Source of the DNA: Bdellovibrionales bacterium
GTDB taxonomy: Bacteria > Bdellovibrionota > Bdellovibrionia > Bdellovibrionales > JAUICD01
Direction: 5' to 3'
Assembly: GCA_965262715.1 (NCBI GenBank)
Contig: OZ253553.1
Span: 2,784,001-2,848,000 of the forward strand
DNA length: 64,000 bases
Positions within the stretch are counted from its first letter, which is position 1; each line of letters opens with the position of its first letter. Below the pieces are notes generated by a model that made no database searches, was not told the DNA's origin, and saw only the letters and a program-made list of their open reading frames with translations. Below, piece after piece: positions 61,957 through 64,000 of the stretch. Position numbers and translations under genes: made by a program.

Positions 61957-63905
61957 CCTGAGTTTGACACTTAATTCAAATTTTCGGAACATTTTCTTTA
62001 AAGAATGCTTTATTTATAGGTATTAGCGGTCAGTGAGTTTGAATTTTCGTCAAAAGTGTAGTGAAACAATTTATTAAATACACTGCATCATACGCTTATT
62101 TTTTCTTGATTTTTTAAATTTTTTATGTAGTCTAATTTCATGTTTATAAAAGAGACTAAAAACGGCAGAGGCCAGAAATATTATCATATTGTGGAAAGCT
62201 ATCGCAAAGATGGTAAGAGTCGACATAGGACACTTATGTCTTTAGGTCGAGTAAAAGATACTCGCTTAGAAGAGCTTCTTGATCTTATAGGCCGTCATTT
62301 AGATGTTGCATCTGCCAGTCAAATAGCTAAAGAGATTGATGTACAGAACACATTTATATTAGGTCCACTGCTTATTATAGACGCTATTTTTAAACAATTA
62401 AACCTCTATGAGTTATTAACAGATTTAAAACAGAAGCATCCTAAAGTACAATTTGATTTTGTTAAGATTATTTTTACATTGGTTATAAATCGCTTTGTAG
62501 AGCCTTGTTCTAAGCTTAAAGTATTTTCACATTGGCAGAAGTTATTTTATCCTGATTTTTTAGAAGGGGAGCTTCATCTTCAGGACATTTATCGTTCTTT
62601 AGATATTCTAAGTAAGCATAAGGAAGATATAGAGAAGACTCTTTATACACAAGGTAAGTCTCAGTTAAGTTTTTTCAATGAGTGTGATGTTATTTTGTAT
62701 GATTTAACGACATTGAGATTTGAGAGTACCCGAGAGGATTTAGATAATCTTCGAAGATTTGGTTATAGCAAAGAGAAGAGGAGTGATTGTACCCAGGTGG
62801 TATTTGGACTTTTAGTAGATAGAGAAGGTATGCCCTTAGGCTTTGATGTTTATCCTGGAAATACCTTTGAAGGTAAAACCATACCTTCAGTTATGGAGAA
62901 ACTAAAAAAGAAGTTTAAGATCAGAAGATTTATATTAGTAGGAGATAGAGGTTTATTTTCTAATGAGAATTTACAATCTGTAAAAGCAAAGGGAGATGAA
63001 TTTATAGTAGGATTAAAGCTAGGTTTATTAAAGGATCGTCATTCAGAGATATACAATTTAAAGAATTTTAAATTTATAAATGAAGATTTAGCTATATACG
63101 AGACGAGTTATAATGATAATCGTTGTATAATTACCTGGTCGAGAAAGAGAGCAGAACGAGATAAGAAAGTAAGAGAAGATATTCTATCTAAGTTAGAAGA
63201 TAAGCTTTCAAAATCGTCATCAAGCACAAAGGATTTTGTATCTAATAGCAATTATAAGAAGTATATTATTCATCCTAAGAGTACAGGCAAGCCTACATTA
63301 AATAAGTCAGCTATAGATCAATCAGAGAAGACAGATGGTTTTTTTGGAATAATTACAAATACAGATAATTTAAGTTCTGAAGAGATTATAATGAACTATA
63401 AGCAGTTATGGAAGATAGAGAATTCATTTAGAGAATTGAAGGGTACATTAAAGACACGTCCTATGTTTCATTGGACAGATAAGAGAATATTAGGACATTT
63501 AGTTATGTGTTTTTTATCTTACTTATGTGAGGCTTATTTTGCTAAGAAGTTACATCAAAGAAACATCAAATTAAAAGATAAAGCGATCACAGATAAGAGA
63601 ATAAGCTCAAGGCCATTGAGTGTAGCAGAAGCTATGTCAAAGCTGAAAGAGGTGCGAGCTATACCTGTCAGATATAAAGACAAAACTATTTGGATCAGAA
63701 CAGATATTAACGGTAACAATACTGATGTATTTAAAGCTATAGGAGCAAAGATACCCTCTAAACAACTTAAAATTGAGTCTACTTAATCTTAAAAAAAATC
63801 TCTCAAATTTCTACCACAAAATGAAAATGTAGTGGCACAAAATTCCAATACAGCTTTAAGTAATTAAAATTACTCAACTTTATTTTTTCAACTGTCAAAC
63901 TCAGG
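61957..63905 (+). mobile_element. IS1634-family element, second copy
   Basis: Same 12-bp IRs as 45221-47173. Confidence 0.95.
62140..63786 (+). CDS. IS1634-family transposase
   Basis: Highly similar to 45340-46989 except the N-terminal ~65 aa. Confidence 0.95.
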   Translation: MFIKETKNGRGQKYYHIVESYRKDGKSRHRTLMSLGRVKDTRLEELLDLIGRHLDVASASQIAKEIDVQNTFILGPLLIIDAIFKQLNLYELLTDLKQKHPKVQFDFVKIIFTLVINRFVEPCSKLKVFSHWQKLFYPDFLEGELHLQDIYRSLDILSKHKEDIEKTLYTQGKSQLSFFNECDVILYDLTTLRFESTREDLDNLRRFGYSKEKRSDCTQVVFGLLVDREGMPLGFDVYPGNTFEGKTIPSVMEKLKKKFKIRRFILVGDRGLFSNENLQSVKAKGDEFIVGLKLGLLKDRHSEIYNLKNFKFINEDLAIYETSYNDNRCIITWSRKRAERDKKVREDILSKLEDKLSKSSSSTKDFVSNSNYKKYIIHPKSTGKPTLNKSAIDQSEKTDGFFGIITNTDNLSSEEIIMNYKQLWKIENSFRELKGTLKTRPMFHWTDKRILGHLVMCFLSYLCEAYFAKKLHQRNIKLKDKAITDKRISSRPLSVAEAMSKLKEVRAIPVRYKDKTIWIRTDINGNNTDVFKAIGAKIPSKQLKIEST

Positions 63906-64000
63906 CATAATATTTGTCCAGTTGGGCAGACACAAGACCCATTACTACATTGTTTGCCATTGGTACATGTCACTCCAGTACAAGGGTTAGGTGTAACACA

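Noticed and set aside
60234..62026. Alternative long ORFs 60234-61133 (-), 61106-62026 (+), 61198-61974 (+)
   Set aside because: Stop-free shadows produced by repeat units that are multiples of 3; the Cys-rich frame spans both repeat types and a unique C-terminus.
61190..64000. Long target duplication for the second IS1634
   Set aside because: The right flank resembles 61190 onward but differs at several bases and lies in repeats at the window edge, so it cannot be defined.

Overview
AT-rich bacterial window with two halves. Gene style is reminiscent of Bdellovibrionota, but this is inference only. 1-~39.9 kb is a decaying defence/accessory island. It holds type I R-M remnants (including a collapsed hsdM/hsdS fusion), repeated Rpn/YhgA-type PD-(D/E)XK nuclease modules, five of which keep a sigma-54 promoter, a Panacea antitoxin pair, a KAP NTPase, a HEPN (DUF4209-like) gene, a complete Zorya operon whose ZorD ends in an HNH domain, an HNH gene, a TM0106 nuclease-helicase, a DUF433/DUF5615 TA pair, IS30 and IS3 elements, and a relic integrative element at a tRNA-Pro-like gene. 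~40-64 kb is mostly core genome: divergent glmU, a sensor kinase plus sigma-54 activator, split transketolase, and S10 operon genes to rplN, with two IS1634 insertions and a Cys-rich repeat protein. The most striking unannotated signal is a ~100-175 nt covarying stem-loop element in 8 copies, always in the sense orientation of its host. Four copies are tandem after rpsQ, each with a re-duplicated rpsQ tail, three sit inside broken Rpn genes, and one replaces the anticodon arm of the tRNA-Pro-like gene. Also notable are a recombinase ORF split at its att core that would be rejoined in frame on excision, and conserved small ORFs upstream of and inside the Rpn genes.
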